Source of the DNA: Bacteriovoracaceae bacterium
GTDB lineage: Bacteria > Bdellovibrionota > Bacteriovoracia > Bacteriovoracales > Bacteriovoracaceae
Reading direction: 5' to 3'
Assembly: GCA_020631435.1 (NCBI GenBank)
Contig: JAHDHG010000001.1
Location: 1-47,191 of the forward strand
DNA: 47,191 nt
This document shows positions 33,565-43,076 of the stretch, piece after piece (position 1 is the stretch's first letter; each line of letters starts with the position of its first letter). The position numbers and the translations under genes were made by a program. The notes beneath the pieces are model-generated. The model saw only the letters and a list, made by a program, of their open reading frames with translations, was not told the DNA's origin and ran no database searches.

Positions 33565-36500
33565 TTATAAACCTTTTAAACAACTAGCTTTTAGTCCACC
33601 AAGAGATGAGCCGTTTTTCAAGAAATATTTTGCTTCACTTAATAAATTTAATTTTTTAGAACTACAACCAATAATTGTATTTAAACTCTGAGTATCAGCT
33701 TCATCTAAAGATAAAGCATAAGTTGAGGCAGCTGCTGCATAATTATAAGCACCTTGCTTATAATATTTTTGAGCAATATCAAATAATGAGTCGGCTTTAA
33801 AGCTAGAAAATAAACTCTTTTTAATGGAAGCATGACTAGATTCTGGCATTGAAGCAACTGATCTAAATGGCTTTCCTTGAGTCCAAAACGCAACACTAGA
33901 AAAACTCTTCTGCTGTCCAGTCTTACAAAATTTATTTGTAGGAGTGACTAAACCAGAACTTGCAACAATTTCTCTACATCTTGAAAGAAAACTTTTTGCA
34001 TTGACTTCAGATTCTTGAATCTTTCCAGCGAGTACTTCTTTAATACTAGGGTTTTTAGAAGCAACTCTTTTTAAATAATTTGCAAAACTTGAAAATAATT
34101 TATATTGCCTTAATGAACTCACCATCCCAAGTTGTGCATCATCTCCACCTTCAAGTTGAGAATAAGCTCCAGCAAGTTCTGAAAAAGTTGTTGCATATTT
34201 TTCAATTGATTCAGCAGCAAGATTTGCATTTTTCAAACTAGAATTAAAACTTTTTGCTTTGTTATCAACTTGTTCTAGTCCTATCCAATTACAAACTGAT
34301 CCACCTCCACCAGAGGCACAAAGTCTAGAGCTCATAGATTTAGCATATCCATTTAAAGAAGAGCTTAATCTAGGCCTTGCTTTAAATAAAGATTTTGCAA
34401 GATCAGGGTTAGCTCCCAAAGCTTTAACTGTACTAGAAATATTAGATGGAACTCTTACAGGTGACTCTAAAATACTTCCAATCTGTTGAACTAACTGAGC
34501 TTTGTAATCAGAGCCAAGAGCTTGAATCATAGATGATTTAGAGCCTAGCTTGGCAATCTTATTTGGATCTTTCAAAGCTACTGCAAGCGAAACTGCCTGC
34601 TTAAAAGCAGCTACTTTACTATCACTACTTCCATTTGAAGCGATACTCATATACCTATTAAAGGCCTGATCAAAATTAGTCATTTTTAATTGCTCTTGAG
34701 CAATCGATGATTCAATTTCACTTCTTTTACTAGGGTCCTTTTCATTTTTTGCCATTAAAGAAGCAGTCTTCATAAAAGTTTTAAAATCTTTTTCCGCTTT
34801 AGAAGCATCAAGTGCTTTTTTAAGTGCTAAATTTCTTAAATCTGAATCTAGGTTAGCAGCTTGTTGTAAATAACTTTGACCAGTAGAGCTGCTTGATCCA
34901 GCTTTATTATGAACAATTTTTTGAAGCTTTTTTAACTTTGCTTGATCTCTAATTGCAGCAACTTTTGAATTAATAGATGAATTAGGTAACTTCATTGCTA
35001 ATATTTTATTTGAAGCATTGATAATACCTTTGAAATCAGATTTTACATTATAATAATCCAAGACAAGGTTACTAGCATCTTCGGCATGAGAATGCTTAGG
35101 AAATCTCTTCATATAAGAATAAAGCATAGGCAATGCTTTTCTATAAAAGCCCTGATCATAGTGAGCTTTAGCAAAAGAATAATTAGTTTTAGGATCTCTT
35201 TTTTTCGAAGGATCAAATCTCATATAGTTTTTTATTGATTCTATAAGAAGTCCATTGACTCTTCTCGTTTCATAAAAAGAATACTCTTTGTTTTTTTGAA
35301 GGGCGTAAATTGCATTTTTAATTGCATCCCCTTTTTGTTTTGTTTTACCAAAGTCACCTTTAAAAACTCTTAAATAGTAGTCACCACTTTTCAGATAATC
35401 TTTGAGTCTAAAATGGGTGTCCCCCATATTCATCGCTAACTTAACTGAGTGCTTAGTTTTAGGGAAAGTAGCAAAATATAAATTATAAAATGCATCTGCT
35501 TTTTTCAAATAATCTTTTTGGATTTCCCCAGTCGTTTTCTTACCTTTTTCATGGGATCTTGTTGCTAAATCTCTTAATTGCTTTTCAAAAAAATCATAAG
35601 TACTTTTCTTCACACTTCTTTTGAGATTGAAGAAATTATTAAATTGTAGGTATCTTCCAATAACATACTCAATTTCAGATATTGGAACATCCACTCTTCT
35701 ATTAAGTGGAATCATAAGAAGTACTTCTTTATAAATATTCAGAACTTTCTCAGGGCTAGAATTTCTTTCACTTAAAGTTCTTAATAACTTCACCGCATCA
35801 TTATATTTCTTTTGATGAATATATCGATAAGATAATTTCTCTATTACTTCCTGAAATAAATTCTCAGTAGGAGCAATAGCAGAATAATAACTTACTGGCT
35901 TTGCATTCTTCTTGTAAACTTCTGTGAAGGCCCTCACCGAATCAATTAGTGCTTCTCTTTTTAGTGAAGATTTCACATCTTTAGAATCAAGAGACAGTTT
36001 CTTTTCATTATCTTCAGCTTGAAGTTCTTTATCAGTCACAACTTCTTTGAATAAATCTAATGCTAACTTATGTTTTCCTTGTGCAAGTCTAATCAAGCCC
36101 ATTTTATATTTTGCAGCATTTCTCTCATAAGAATAGTTCGATTTCGAAACTGGAGACAAGCTTTTATAAGCTTCATCGTAAACTCCACCATCAAATTGAA
36201 ACTGCCCTAATAACAATCTCGATTGGACAGCTTCTTTCGAGCTAGGATATTTTTTAATTATCTGATTAGCCGTTTGCATAAAAGGAACTCTATCATCGAT
36301 AGATCTTTGAGCTAATGCCATAGCATAGTAGGCCCTAGGTAATCCTTTAAATTTAGGAAATTCTTTAGTTATTTTTTTATAAACTGCAATTGATTCTTTT
36401 GTAACCGCAACGACATCTTCAAATTGCCTTGCTCCATCATCACCTTCAGCTTTCTCACCTTTTAGTTTTTCCATTTTAAGGTAATACATTACATTGGCTT

Positions 36501-36705
36501 TTTGACTTAATAATCCACCAAGCTCCATATAAAGATTCGCTAGATAAGGTGCTGCTTGATTTGAGGTGATTTGATCTCTTAAGATATCAACAGATTTATT
36601 TATTCTACTGTACATCTTTTGAAGTTTTCGATTAAATTCTCTTTCTGAGTTTTGACCGAAAGCCATTGAGAAACAAAGAATGATACTAATATATATTAAT
36701 CGCAT
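33565..36705 (-). CDS. Large periplasmic TPR-repeat protein (1046 aa; GltD/AgmU-like candidate)
   Basis: Signal peptide MRLIYISIILCFSMAFG. Recurrent TPR-like A-x-Y-x-x-A/G…P patterns occur throughout (for example YYAMALAQ, AKYKMGLIRLAQGKH, FAKAHYDQGFYRKALP). Confidence 0.7.
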   Translation of the reverse strand: MRLIYISIILCFSMAFGQNSEREFNRKLQKMYSRINKSVDILRDQITSNQAAPYLANLYMELGGLLSQKANVMYYLKMEKLKGEKAEGDDGARQFEDVVAVTKESIAVYKKITKEFPKFKGLPRAYYAMALAQRSIDDRVPFMQTANQIIKKYPSSKEAVQSRLLLGQFQFDGGVYDEAYKSLSPVSKSNYSYERNAAKYKMGLIRLAQGKHKLALDLFKEVVTDKELQAEDNEKKLSLDSKDVKSSLKREALIDSVRAFTEVYKKNAKPVSYYSAIAPTENLFQEVIEKLSYRYIHQKKYNDAVKLLRTLSERNSSPEKVLNIYKEVLLMIPLNRRVDVPISEIEYVIGRYLQFNNFFNLKRSVKKSTYDFFEKQLRDLATRSHEKGKKTTGEIQKDYLKKADAFYNLYFATFPKTKHSVKLAMNMGDTHFRLKDYLKSGDYYLRVFKGDFGKTKQKGDAIKNAIYALQKNKEYSFYETRRVNGLLIESIKNYMRFDPSKKRDPKTNYSFAKAHYDQGFYRKALPMLYSYMKRFPKHSHAEDASNLVLDYYNVKSDFKGIINASNKILAMKLPNSSINSKVAAIRDQAKLKKLQKIVHNKAGSSSSTGQSYLQQAANLDSDLRNLALKKALDASKAEKDFKTFMKTASLMAKNEKDPSKRSEIESSIAQEQLKMTNFDQAFNRYMSIASNGSSDSKVAAFKQAVSLAVALKDPNKIAKLGSKSSMIQALGSDYKAQLVQQIGSILESPVRVPSNISSTVKALGANPDLAKSLFKARPRLSSSLNGYAKSMSSRLCASGGGGSVCNWIGLEQVDNKAKSFNSSLKNANLAAESIEKYATTFSELAGAYSQLEGGDDAQLGMVSSLRQYKLFSSFANYLKRVASKNPSIKEVLAGKIQESEVNAKSFLSRCREIVASSGLVTPTNKFCKTGQQKSFSSVAFWTQGKPFRSVASMPESSHASIKKSLFSSFKADSLFDIAQKYYKQGAYNYAAAASTYALSLDEADTQSLNTIIGCSSKKLNLLSEAKYFLKNGSSLGGLKASCLKGL

Positions 36706-38030
36706 TTGCTCTCCATTGCTCCATAATATTTATGTCTTTCATCTCTCCAATAATCACCTAATTGTTTCCACTTAAAGATGAAACCTTTATTTTCATAATC
36801 AATAACATCCACTAAACTTTCTTGCTCCTTATCTCTTGGAATAAAGACTGTCAGAGGATTATATTTCTCTCTAGCTGTAGAGTACCCTAAAAATTTTAAT
36901 GACTCTGATAACATCGTCAGTTCTTCTGCGGCCCTATCTAAAGCCTTTTCTTTGTAAAAGCCTGCGTACTTCTTTAAAATTTTCAGCTCTGAAGAATATA
37001 AGTATTTTGCCAGAGAAGCATTTCTTCTATTTAACTCTCCAACCTCTTTTCTTTCATCAATCAATGAAGTAATTGAATCTAATACTTTTTTATATTGAGG
37101 GTGAGTATTTCTAGCAACCTTATGAAGCTGCTTTAACTTAGCTAATCTTTTACCTTTAACAATACCATCAACAGAACCTTTAAATTCTTTATTAAAACTT
37201 CTCATCAGGTTCGTAATATTTTTCACTCTACAGTTTTCTAAGTAGACCTGTGCTCTTAAAATATATTTTTCGAATGATGGATATTTTTTTGAAGATTCTG
37301 CTTCTAAGTTATAAAGAGTTCCCATGAGCTCATCATATTTTTTCAAATAATAAAGATTCCATGCTTTTTCCATCCAATCACTTGGTGTAAGAGGATTTAC
37401 CTTAAGTAAAAAATCATCGTAATAACTTAAAGATTTCTCATATTCTTTTCTTTCAAAGTGAATTCTTGCTTTCGTTCTCACTACTTTTTTAGCAAAAGTA
37501 AAGTCTTGTTCTTTAAGAGGATTTCTTAAAATTTGATCAAGTACAATAGAGCTCTCAAAGAGTTGCCCCTTATTATAAAGATCAATCGCTTGATAAAATT
37601 GATACTTCTTAAAATTATCTTTATCTATCCTCTTAAAAAAATCTTGTGACCACTTTTCTAAGTTTTTAATCTTATTAGTCACACCTTTATAAAAATTATA
37701 ACTTTGGGTAAACTGATCTCGTTCTGTTCTATCGAGATCACCAACAAAGAAAATATCCATCAGACTATGAGGATATCCAATATCAATTAAGGCCACTAAA
37801 TATTCGAATGCTTTTTCCTTGCTCTTCAAATCATCAAAGAAATGAATCATTCTAAAAGAGGCTGCCAGTACCCCGTAATACATGCCTTTTTCATAAAGAT
37901 CATCTATTAACTTGTGCCATCTTTCTGGCTTGCTAGCTATAGAAGGAATCTTACCTTCCCACTTTACTTTAGCCGCTTGAGAAAAACTCAAGTTCACAAA
38001 AATAGATAGAATGACTAAATATTTAATCAT
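36696..38030 (-). CDS. Periplasmic helical-repeat/TPR-like protein (444 aa; GltE/AglT-like candidate)
   Basis: Signal peptide MIKYLVILSIFVNLSFSQA and helical repeat character. It overlaps the downstream TPR gene by 10 nt. Confidence 0.65.
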   Translation of the reverse strand: MIKYLVILSIFVNLSFSQAAKVKWEGKIPSIASKPERWHKLIDDLYEKGMYYGVLAASFRMIHFFDDLKSKEKAFEYLVALIDIGYPHSLMDIFFVGDLDRTERDQFTQSYNFYKGVTNKIKNLEKWSQDFFKRIDKDNFKKYQFYQAIDLYNKGQLFESSIVLDQILRNPLKEQDFTFAKKVVRTKARIHFERKEYEKSLSYYDDFLLKVNPLTPSDWMEKAWNLYYLKKYDELMGTLYNLEAESSKKYPSFEKYILRAQVYLENCRVKNITNLMRSFNKEFKGSVDGIVKGKRLAKLKQLHKVARNTHPQYKKVLDSITSLIDERKEVGELNRRNASLAKYLYSSELKILKKYAGFYKEKALDRAAEELTMLSESLKFLGYSTAREKYNPLTVFIPRDKEQESLVDVIDYENKGFIFKWKQLGDYWRDERHKYYGAMESKCD

Positions 38031-38033
38031 TTA

Positions 38034-38705
38034 TTAAAATCTCCAAGCGAGCATACCTTTGAACTCTCCAAATTCAAGAAAGTTATTTCCAACTCCACTT
38101 CTTTCAAGATTGATATGATTCATATACTCCAATTTCCAAGACATAGTTTTAGTAATAGAAAAATCTAATTGAAATCCTAAATTTGCAGCGATATAAGTCT
38201 GACCGCTTCCACCACCCGTATCAATTTGACCAGAGGTTCCAATAACTCCTAACCCAAACAAAAGTTCAGTTCGATTTAACCTGATGTACTTATCAAAAAA
38301 TATGTTTTTCCCATAACTTAAAACATATTTTAAGTTTGTATTCACCATGAATTCAGTTTGTTCTAAATCTTCAGATTCAATTGGATTTCCTGCTTTCGCA
38401 GTTTCTTCTAAAATTTCGTCTGCCAGAGGTGTTTGAATTCCAAATAAAAAATTACCACTAAGAACTTCCCACCCCCACTTCTTATTAAAGTACCTAGAGT
38501 AAGCAAGAGAAATTCCTATTCCATAAAAATATGGATCGAAAGGCAAAAAAGTTGCTCCAATAGCAAATTCATTCTTTTTCAAAGCAGGATAGTTATCAAC
38601 GGCCTTAATAAAGACTCCATCAAGATCTTCGTATTCAGTATCTGAATAACTAATAGTAGGACTTAACATTCCACTGATAACAATGAGACAAAACAAGTAT
38701 TTCAT
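38034..38705 (-). CDS. Predicted small outer-membrane beta-barrel protein (first gene of the operon)
   Basis: Signal peptide MKYLFCLIVISGMLSPTISYS, alternating beta-strand patterns and the C-terminal beta-signal …GMLAWRF. Confidence 0.75.
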   Translation of the reverse strand: MKYLFCLIVISGMLSPTISYSDTEYEDLDGVFIKAVDNYPALKKNEFAIGATFLPFDPYFYGIGISLAYSRYFNKKWGWEVLSGNFLFGIQTPLADEILEETAKAGNPIESEDLEQTEFMVNTNLKYVLSYGKNIFFDKYIRLNRTELLFGLGVIGTSGQIDTGGGSGQTYIAANLGFQLDFSITKTMSWKLEYMNHINLERSGVGNNFLEFGEFKGMLAWRF

Positions 38706-38807
38706 AAAATTTCATCCTAAAACAAATTAGGTTTATCAGGATTATTATAACATTGAGAAATTTAAACTAATCTTTACTGCAATCTTTGCAGTGTATAGAC
38801 TACTGAT

Positions 38808-38930
38808 ATGAACAGGAAAACATTAAGGCTGATTCTTTTACTCGGTTTTTTACTTGGAATATTTATCATGAAAAAAAACCTTGAAAGGCCGGAAGGAATC
38901 CCTTTCTTTCAAATATTTGAATCTAAGTGA
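38808..38930 (+). CDS. Possible small membrane protein (40 aa), below the track's size cut-off
   Basis: ATG…TGA ORF MNRKTLRLILLLGFLLGIFIMKKNLERPEGIPFFQIFESK with one hydrophobic helix. No clear SD, so it could be spurious. Confidence 0.25.
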   Translation: MNRKTLRLILLLGFLLGIFIMKKNLERPEGIPFFQIFESK

Positions 38931-38931
38931 A

Positions 38932-39642
38932 TTAACTTCTTCTTCTAAAAAATACAAACATCACTAATAATAAGAAGATACCACCGTAAAGAATCAAGTC
39001 ATCATTATCTTTATTGCTTTTCTTAACTACTTTTTTAGGCCCAGAATCAACAGCAATTGATGGAGCTTCTTCCTCGTCAGGTGTAAAAATATCAAAGCTC
39101 TTTTTCTTAATAGGTGTCTTTCTAGAACTAGCCTTAACACCTCTTTTTCTATAAACCCTTATGGAGCTGATCATTTTATTAAATAAATTTGAATAAGTTG
39201 AATAAAATGGTCTGGCAATGGAAATAGTAAAAGCAATTCCTAGATCTTCTTTTACTGTTGCTAAATACCTTGTGTAATAATCTGGAATTTCACTGGATAA
39301 ATGAAGAGCATCAACCCAGCTATGATTATTAATTTTATTCACTTTTAGAGACTTAGGCTCACTTACAATAACATCTCCACTGGCCAGTCTCATCTTCTTT
39401 CTTTTCTTTAGATAAGTTTGATAATGCCTTAGGGAATCAACTTCCCCTCTCATTTTAGCAGCAAAAATAATGATAGCTTCCTTCTTTCTTTCTTCTATCG
39501 TGCTCTGACAAATATATTCTGTACCTTCTAATGTACATTCCCAGCCAACAGGTAAATCAAATGCTATATAGTTATTCTCAAATCTCTTGGCAAAACTTTG
39601 AGAAAAGATAGTAGAAAAAAGAATGAATGCTAAAACTCTCAT
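38932..39642 (-). CDS. Hypothetical protein with an N-terminal signal peptide and a C-terminal TM anchor
   Basis: MRVLAFILFSTIFSQSFA signal, a Lys-rich spacer, then LILYGGIFLLLVMFVFFRRRS at the C-terminus. Confidence 0.75.
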   Translation of the reverse strand: MRVLAFILFSTIFSQSFAKRFENNYIAFDLPVGWECTLEGTEYICQSTIEERKKEAIIIFAAKMRGEVDSLRHYQTYLKKRKKMRLASGDVIVSEPKSLKVNKINNHSWVDALHLSSEIPDYYTRYLATVKEDLGIAFTISIARPFYSTYSNLFNKMISSIRVYRKRGVKASSRKTPIKKKSFDIFTPDEEEAPSIAVDSGPKKVVKKSNKDNDDLILYGGIFLLLVMFVFFRRRS

Positions 39643-39664
39643 AAATAAAGTACTTTGACTAAAA

Positions 39665-40279
39665 TTAATTAATTATCTTTATTGTAGACGATGTATCTTC
39701 AGATCCAAAATCATTATCTATCAAGTCAAATACAACTAAATCCTTAATTTTCTTCCATTGATGAAGATTTTTTTCAAAAATAGCAATACTTTTAATATTT
39801 AAATCAACTGGAAACCAGAATTCTTCCTGTGAACTTTTATAGGCATCTTGAAAGTCAGACTCAAAATTATACTTACCCATTAAAAGATAAGGACTTTTTG
39901 CTTCTCTTTTTTTCAAGGATACTGTTTGCTTTTTCTTAATATCTTTTAATGATTCTATACAATGATAAAAATCAATAGAAAATCTAGGATTTAAATACAA
40001 AAGAAATTTTTTGTAATGCTCGTAAACATCTAGTCCTGTAAATGTTACGGAATGAATTTCTTTAGTATCAATAAAAAAAGAAGAGACTTCTTCTTCAAAC
40101 ATTTCAAATGTTGATTCAAGTAAGTCTTTGTTCTTAAAGGTAAAAGGAGCAATAAGAGGAAGATTAATAGTAAAAGCATCATCATGCTTTAAAGAGTTTC
40201 TTTTCCTAAAATTACTCAGTTTTTTAAAGAATGAGTTATTCTCTTCAAAAGTCAGAGTAACAATATATTTTTTTTCCAT
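39665..40279 (-). CDS. Hypothetical cytoplasmic protein (204 aa)
   Basis: Clean ORF between eno and the next gene. No family motif recognised. Confidence 0.7.
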   Translation of the reverse strand: MEKKYIVTLTFEENNSFFKKLSNFRKRNSLKHDDAFTINLPLIAPFTFKNKDLLESTFEMFEEEVSSFFIDTKEIHSVTFTGLDVYEHYKKFLLYLNPRFSIDFYHCIESLKDIKKKQTVSLKKREAKSPYLLMGKYNFESDFQDAYKSSQEEFWFPVDLNIKSIAIFEKNLHQWKKIKDLVVFDLIDNDFGSEDTSSTIKIIN

Positions 40280-40291
40280 CCTAACCTCCTG

Positions 40292-41572
40292 TTAGATTTG
40301 GAAGTATTTTGCATTAGCTCCTAAATCTTCTTCAATCCTAATTAGTCGATTATACTTTTCTATTCTATCACTTCTACTAGCAGAACCAGTTTTGATATGA
40401 CCTGAAGAAGTTGCTACCGCTAAATCAGCAATAAAAGTATCTGCTGTTTCACCAGATCGATGACTAATAATAGAGCTAATCTTATTGGCAATAGCTAGTT
40501 CTATTGTATCAAATGTCTCAGAAAGACTACCTATCTGATTGACTTTAATTAGAATTGAGTTTGCTTGATTTAGCTCAATTCCTCTCTGAAGAATTTTTTT
40601 ATTTGTTACAAAAAGATCATCACCTATAGATAAAACTTTTGATCCAATTTCTTTATTAAGGGCAATCCAACCTTCTTGATCATGTTCAGCTAATCCATCT
40701 TCAATAGAATACATAGGGTATTTTTCTACCATTCCAGCAAGATAATTTATCATATCATTTGTAGAAAGATCCTCACCAGTTGAGAAATGATATAACTCGT
40801 CCTTATAAAATTCACTAGCAGCTACATCTAAACTTAAAAATATATCTTTTCCAAGGTTATACCCTGCTGCTCCAACTGCTTCTTTAATCGCTTCCATTGC
40901 TTCATCATGAGACTTTAAATTTGGAGCAAAACCACCTTCATCTCCAACATTTGTAGAAAAACCTTTTTTCGTTAAGACTTTTTTCAGATGATGAAAAACT
41001 TCAACACCTGCTCTCAAATTTCTTGAGAAACTATCACCCACTTGAGGAGCGATCATAAATTCTTGAATATCAAGTGAGTTAGATGCATGTTCTCCTCCAT
41101 TAATGATATTCATCAATGGCATAGGTAAAATATAATCCTCATTATATCTAGGACAATTTAGATCTTCTCTTAAATATTTATATAACTCTTTATTCGTCGC
41201 CTTGGCTCCGGCCTTTGCCGCTGCAAGACTTACGGCCAAAATCGCATTTGCTCCGAGCTTTTCTTTATTTTCAGTTCCATCAAGATTTAACATCTTTGTA
41301 TCAATTTCTCTTTGATTAAAAACTGTGAGTCCCTGAATTTCTTTCGCAATCAGGGTATTTATATTTTCAACTGCCTTATAAACAGACTTGCCAAGGAAAA
41401 CCCCAGCATCTTTGTCTCTTAACTCTAAAGCTTCTCTTGAACCGGTTGAAGCTCCCGAAGGAACAGACGCTAAAGATTTCTCTCCACTACTTAAAGTAAT
41501 TTCAGCTTCAACTGTTGGATTACCTCTAGAATCTAAAATTTGTCTTGCAAAAACTTTTTGAATAGTACTCAT
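40292..41572 (-). CDS. eno: Enolase (phosphopyruvate hydratase)
   Basis: MSTIQKVFARQILDSRGNPTVEAE… is the canonical enolase N-terminus, and the IKVNQIGSLSET and SHRSGETAD motifs are present. I chose the start at 41572 (M24 of the track ORF), which avoids overlap with the cpaF-like gene. Confidence 0.95.
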   Translation of the reverse strand: MSTIQKVFARQILDSRGNPTVEAEITLSSGEKSLASVPSGASTGSREALELRDKDAGVFLGKSVYKAVENINTLIAKEIQGLTVFNQREIDTKMLNLDGTENKEKLGANAILAVSLAAAKAGAKATNKELYKYLREDLNCPRYNEDYILPMPLMNIINGGEHASNSLDIQEFMIAPQVGDSFSRNLRAGVEVFHHLKKVLTKKGFSTNVGDEGGFAPNLKSHDEAMEAIKEAVGAAGYNLGKDIFLSLDVAASEFYKDELYHFSTGEDLSTNDMINYLAGMVEKYPMYSIEDGLAEHDQEGWIALNKEIGSKVLSIGDDLFVTNKKILQRGIELNQANSILIKVNQIGSLSETFDTIELAIANKISSIISHRSGETADTFIADLAVATSSGHIKTGSASRSDRIEKYNRLIRIEEDLGANAKYFQI

Positions 41573-41610
41573 GCAAATATTATAGAGAATATTTAATGTC
41601 TTGGCATTGA

Positions 41611-42741
41611 TTAAGCTGCTTTTTTTATCTTTTTCACCCAATCAGGAGCTTCAAATTTACTACTAGGAAAAGGAAGTCTATTTACTTTTATTTGATCAAA
41701 GAAAGTTGGAAGATACTGGCATGCAACCAACTCACCAACTAGATCTCCAGTTTCTGGATCTTTTGATTTCTGAACCCACTTGAAAATGTCTTTAAGCCTA
41801 TAAGATCCGTTATCATTAACACCAAGAAGCTCTGAAATATGAGAAACTCTTCTTTTTCCATCTGAGAATCTTTTAGTCTGTACAATCAAGTTAACAGCAT
41901 TAGAAATCATTAACTTCAAAGAATTTGCAGGAATAGATGTTTTAGCTTGCAGACAAAGAGTCTCTAATCTCAAGCATGCTTCGGGTGGATTATTCGCATG
42001 AACTGTTCCCATAGAGCCATCATGTCCTGTATTCATTGCATTCACTAAATCTAAAGCTTCCGCTCCTCTAACTTCTCCTACAATAATTCTATCTGGTCTC
42101 AATCTCATAGCAGAGTGTAATAACTCTTTTGTTCCTACTGCTTTAATATTTTGAGCAGGATCTTCTTTTCTTGTTATCAGGTGAACAACATGTTGATCAT
42201 CAAGATCCATTTCTTTTGTATCTTCGATAATGATAATTCTTTGATTATCTGAAATCCTTGATGCTAGTACATTTAAAAGAGTCGTCTTACCAGAACCTGT
42301 TCCACCTGAGACAAGCATGTTTTTTCCAAGATAAATACATATATCAAGAAACCTTGCTGCATCTTTACTTAAGGCTCCCCATTCAATGAGATCATTTAAA
42401 ATTATTTTTTCTTTAAAAAACTTTCTAATTGAGACAACTGTTCCGTTTGTACTTATAGGACTTATGACAGCTGCTAGCCTAGAACCATCTGGAAGATGTG
42501 CATCTAACCTCGGATCATCCTCATCAAACTTTTTCCCTACAGCTTGAGCAATCGCTCTCATCGCTGCCATTAAATTATCATTATCTTTAAATCGATTATC
42601 TGTTCTAATGATCTTTCCTTTTGATTCAATATAAATCTCAAAAGGCCCATTAATCATAATCTCTGAAATACTCTCGTCATCGAGAAGATCACTTATTGGG
42701 GATAAAAAATTCTGAATGGCATCATTAAAAACACTCATCAA
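41611..42741 (-). CDS. cpaF: CpaF/TadA-type secretion ATPase (type II/IV secretion system protein E family)
   Basis: Walker A VSGGTGSGKTTLLN, IIIEDTKE (Asp box/Walker B), RLRPDRIIVGEVRG and NTGHDGSMGTVHAN (His box). 376 aa. Confidence 0.85.
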   Translation of the reverse strand: MMSVFNDAIQNFLSPISDLLDDESISEIMINGPFEIYIESKGKIIRTDNRFKDNDNLMAAMRAIAQAVGKKFDEDDPRLDAHLPDGSRLAAVISPISTNGTVVSIRKFFKEKIILNDLIEWGALSKDAARFLDICIYLGKNMLVSGGTGSGKTTLLNVLASRISDNQRIIIIEDTKEMDLDDQHVVHLITRKEDPAQNIKAVGTKELLHSAMRLRPDRIIVGEVRGAEALDLVNAMNTGHDGSMGTVHANNPPEACLRLETLCLQAKTSIPANSLKLMISNAVNLIVQTKRFSDGKRRVSHISELLGVNDNGSYRLKDIFKWVQKSKDPETGDLVGELVACQYLPTFFDQIKVNRLPFPSSKFEAPDWVKKIKKAA

Positions 42742-42901
42742 TAATCTGATCGTAAAAACTCACTGAATGGATAGATGAATTATATAAGAGGAAAATATTG
42801 CCATTAAAAGTACTCAATTGATCAAGAATGAGAGTAAGTAATACTTAATTTTAAAGTTCACAACCAAATTTACGATAAAAGCTATAATTAAAGGAGTACA
42901 T

Positions 42902-43063
42902 ATGAAGATTTTATTATTATTAATTTCTATTTCCATTCTTTCTTCTTGTTCTTGTGAACCTAAGCAACTGCAAAGCAGTAGAGAGTTATCAAGTGATCAG
43001 AAAATAGAATTTTTACAAAATGATTGGAAGGTAGATAAAATAAAACTTAATCAAAAACTTTGA
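42902..43063 (+). CDS. Small lipoprotein (53 aa), below the track's size cut-off
   Basis: AAAGGAG SD lies 6 nt upstream of the ATG. MKILLLLISISILSSCS is a signal peptide plus lipobox. Confidence 0.6.
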   Translation: MKILLLLISISILSSCSCEPKQLQSSRELSSDQKIEFLQNDWKVDKIKLNQKL

Positions 43064-43076
43064 TAAAAGGTTATGA

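Noticed and set aside
39665-40279. Possible 2H phosphoesterase (LigT-like) assignment for the 204-aa protein
   Set aside because: The overall beta-alpha pattern is vaguely similar, but neither H-x-T/S-x catalytic motif is present. The protein is left as hypothetical.
41573-41641. The 23-codon N-terminal extension of enolase in the track ORF
   Set aside because: Enolases start at the MS.I..V.AR.ILDSRGNPTVE block, and the extension would overlap the cpaF-like gene by 31 nt.
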